From Anaerotignum sp. (GTDB taxonomy: Bacteria > Bacillota > Negativicutes > Selenomonadales > Selenomonadaceae): DNA of 48,237 nucleotides. The translations under genes were made by a program, and so were the position numbers. The DNA is taken from the NCBI GenBank assembly GCA_963626225.1, contig CAVFWX010000002.1, forward strand, positions 1-48,237. Direction: 5' to 3'. The first letter of the stretch is position 1. Every line of letters begins with the position of its first letter. The notes under the pieces were generated by a model that worked only from the letters and a program-made list of their open reading frames with translations, had not been told where the DNA came from and did not search any database. Shown here piece by piece: positions 46,160 to 48,237 of the stretch.

Positions 46160-47470
46160 TTGGCAAGTGTGGCATTTGTTACCCTGGGCTGCAAGGTAAA
46201 TCAGTTTGAAACTGAGGTAATGGAGGGACTTTTCAAGGAGGCTGGCTATGAGGTAGTAGATCATAGTCAAGCTGCAGATGTGTATGTCATCAATACCTGC
46301 TCTGTTACCAGTCTGGGAGACAAAAAATCCCGGCAGCTGATCCGCCGTGTTCAGCGGCAGAATCCTGAGTCTGTCATTGCCGTCACAGGCTGCTATGCCC
46401 AGATTGCTCCGGAGCAGATTAAGGCCATTGAAGGGGTTCGGGTGGTGCTAGGCACGGCAAACCGCCGCCGCATTGTGGAATATGTGGAGCAGGCCATTGC
46501 TCAGAACGGCAAGATTATCGACGGCGTAACAGACATCATGAAGGTGCGGGAATTTGAGGACATTCCTATATTGGACATGCCTACCAGAACCAGAGCTTTT
46601 TTGAAAATCCAGGAGGGCTGCACCAATTTCTGTAGCTATTGCATTATTCCTTTTACCAGAGGCCCCCTGCGTTCCAGAAATCCTGAAAGCGTTCGTCAGG
46701 AGGCACAGAAGCTGCTGGACAACGGCTTTAAGGAAATCGTCTTTACAGGTATACACTTGGGAGCCTATGGCAGGGACTTCAAAGATGGTACTGACCTTGC
46801 CACAGCTGCCAAGATGGTGCTGGATCTGCCAGGACTTAGGCGGCTGAGGGTTAGCTCCTTGGAGTCCATTGAGCTGTCAGAGGAGCTGTTGGAGCTGCTC
46901 CGGAATCATCCACGGTTTAGCCATCACCTCCATTTGCCACTGCAAGCAGGCTCCGACTATGTGTTAAAGCGAATGAACCGCCACTATAATCGTGAAGAAT
47001 TTGCTGAGCTTTTGCAGCGGGTGCGGGAGGCAGTGCCGGGTGTGTCCATTTCCACAGATGTGATTGTGGGCTTCCCAGGTGAGACAGAGGAAATGTTTGC
47101 GGAGAGCCTTGAGTACATCCGCAGCCTGAAGTTTTCTCGGATGCATGTCTTTCCTTATTCGCCACGGACAGGTACTCCGGCTGCTTCCATGCCGGATCAG
47201 GTGCCAGAGCCAATTAAGAAGGAGCGAGTTCACAGGCTCCAGGCGGTGGCAGCAGAAATGTCCCGGGAATTTTGTCAGTCCTATCTGGGTACGGTGCAGC
47301 AGGTGCTTTTTGAGACCGAGCAGGAGGGCGAGACTGACGGCCTGACTGATACCTATATCCGGGTTTATACTGACGACAAGGTGGAGCTGGGAGAAATATA
47401 TCAGGTTTCCCTAGAAAGATTGTATAAAGACGGTGTTTATGGTAAAATAGTAAGCACGGTTGAAATTTGA
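46160..47470 (+). CDS. mtaB: tRNA threonylcarbamoyladenosine(37) methylthiotransferase
   Basis: TLGCKVNQFE, INTCSVT, KIQEGCTNFCSYCIIP, HVFPYSPR.GT; position after rsmE. Confidence 0.93.
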   Translation: MASVAFVTLGCKVNQFETEVMEGLFKEAGYEVVDHSQAADVYVINTCSVTSLGDKKSRQLIRRVQRQNPESVIAVTGCYAQIAPEQIKAIEGVRVVLGTANRRRIVEYVEQAIAQNGKIIDGVTDIMKVREFEDIPILDMPTRTRAFLKIQEGCTNFCSYCIIPFTRGPLRSRNPESVRQEAQKLLDNGFKEIVFTGIHLGAYGRDFKDGTDLATAAKMVLDLPGLRRLRVSSLESIELSEELLELLRNHPRFSHHLHLPLQAGSDYVLKRMNRHYNREEFAELLQRVREAVPGVSISTDVIVGFPGETEEMFAESLEYIRSLKFSRMHVFPYSPRTGTPAASMPDQVPEPIKKERVHRLQAVAAEMSREFCQSYLGTVQQVLFETEQEGETDGLTDTYIRVYTDDKVELGEIYQVSLERLYKDGVYGKIVSTVEI

Positions 47471-47497
47471 TTGATAAAAGTGGGGAGGTGTACGAAT

Positions 47498-47842
47498 ATG
47501 GCAGATTGTATTTTTTGCAAGATTGCAGCCAAGGAGATTCCATCCAATGCAGTCTATGAGGACGATCAGGTATTGGCCTTTAAGGATCTGGAGCCTCAGG
47601 CACCTTTCCATGCCTTGGTAATACCCAAGAAGCATCTGGTAAGCGTAGGTGAGCTGACAGCTGACGACAAGGAGATTGCCGGTCATATCCTCTGCGAGGT
47701 TATTCCTCAGATTGCCAGGGAAAATCATTTGGACAAGGGTTTCCGTGTAGTTGCCAATACCGGTGACGAGGGTGGCCAGACCGTCAAGCACTTGCATTTC
47801 CATGTGCTGGGTGGTCGTTCCATGCAGTGGCCTCCAGGCTGA
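47498..47842 (+). CDS. Histidine triad (HIT) nucleotide-binding protein
   Basis: DCIFCKI, GQTVKHLHFHVLGGR..WPPG; ATG after GGGAGG. Confidence 0.95.
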   Translation: MADCIFCKIAAKEIPSNAVYEDDQVLAFKDLEPQAPFHALVIPKKHLVSVGELTADDKEIAGHILCEVIPQIARENHLDKGFRVVANTGDEGGQTVKHLHFHVLGGRSMQWPPG

Positions 47843-47896
47843 TAAATGAGCCTATGGGACTAATTGAGAAAGATTAACAAAAATATCTCAGAGCAT

Positions 47897-47926
47897 TTGA
47901 CATGGTAGGGGATATTTTGTTATACT
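47897..47926 (+). promoter_or_regulatory. Sigma-A promoter of rpsU
   Basis: TTGACA-18 nt-TATACT with TG extension. Confidence 0.75.
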
Positions 47927-47982
47927 ATTAAGGTGTAGTTGTAAAATACACTCCCAAGTCAACTGGAGGGGGGGAAAGATAG

Positions 47983-48165
47983 ATGGCAAACGAGATTAAG
48001 GTTGGTAAGAACGAGACCATTGATAGCGCACTCCGCAGATTCAAGCGTATGAGCCAGAAGGCTGGTACCTTGGCAGAGGTAAGAAAGCGCGAGCACTATG
48101 AGAAGCCAAGCGTACGCCGCAAGAAGAAGTCTGAGGCAGCCCGCAAGCGCAAGTTCCGTGCATAA
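47983..48165 (+). CDS. rpsU: 30S ribosomal protein S21
   Basis: [23 protein letters not shown]. Confidence 0.98.
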   Translation: MANEIKVGKNETIDSALRRFKRMSQKAGTLAEVRKREHYEKPSVRRKKKSEAARKRKFRA

Positions 48166-48198
48166 TTTTTTGTGTGCGTAAGCTAAACAAGCATAATG

Positions 48199-48231
48199 AA
48201 GCCGTAGCTGGATTTTCAGCTACGGCTTTTT
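48199..48231 (+). terminator. Intrinsic terminator after rpsU
   Basis: AAGCCGTAGCTG-gatttt-CAGCTACGGCTTTTT. Confidence 0.88.
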
Positions 48232-48237
48232 ACATTG

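Overview
Core-genome window, almost entirely on the + strand, from a diderm Firmicute (Negativicutes, most likely Selenomonadaceae). The assignment rests on Gram-positive housekeeping blocks (walJ-htrA-rlmH, rapZ-yvcK-whiA, hrcA/CIRCE-grpE-dnaK-dnaJ-prmA-rsmE-mtaB-hit-rpsU) sitting beside outer-membrane and lipid A genes (tamB, a sigma factor, bamA, three ompH/skp, lpxD, an lpxL-type acyltransferase). It also carries gap-pgk-tpiA-gpmI followed by the function-unknown NifU-like/GGGtGRT pair, a SCIFF ranthipeptide locus whose 47-aa precursor is missing from the ORF track, a Y-family polymerase with a YolD-like partner, and ROK, MFS and HD genes. I saw no transposase, integrase, prophage, CRISPR array, tRNA or rRNA. 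The most unusual signals are non-coding: (1) a ~150-nt minus-strand sRNA with its own promoter and terminator and repeated UCCC/CCCUAUAG motifs complementary to the tpiA ribosome-binding site; (2) a ~200-nt rod-shaped RNA-like element directly after rlmH (6S-like or a palindromic repeat); (3) a four-way-junction leader with a 15-aa uORF in front of gap, where cggR often sits; (4) a WalR-type direct repeat inside the walJ promoter. All annotations come from reading motifs by eye; no database searches or folding programs were run.
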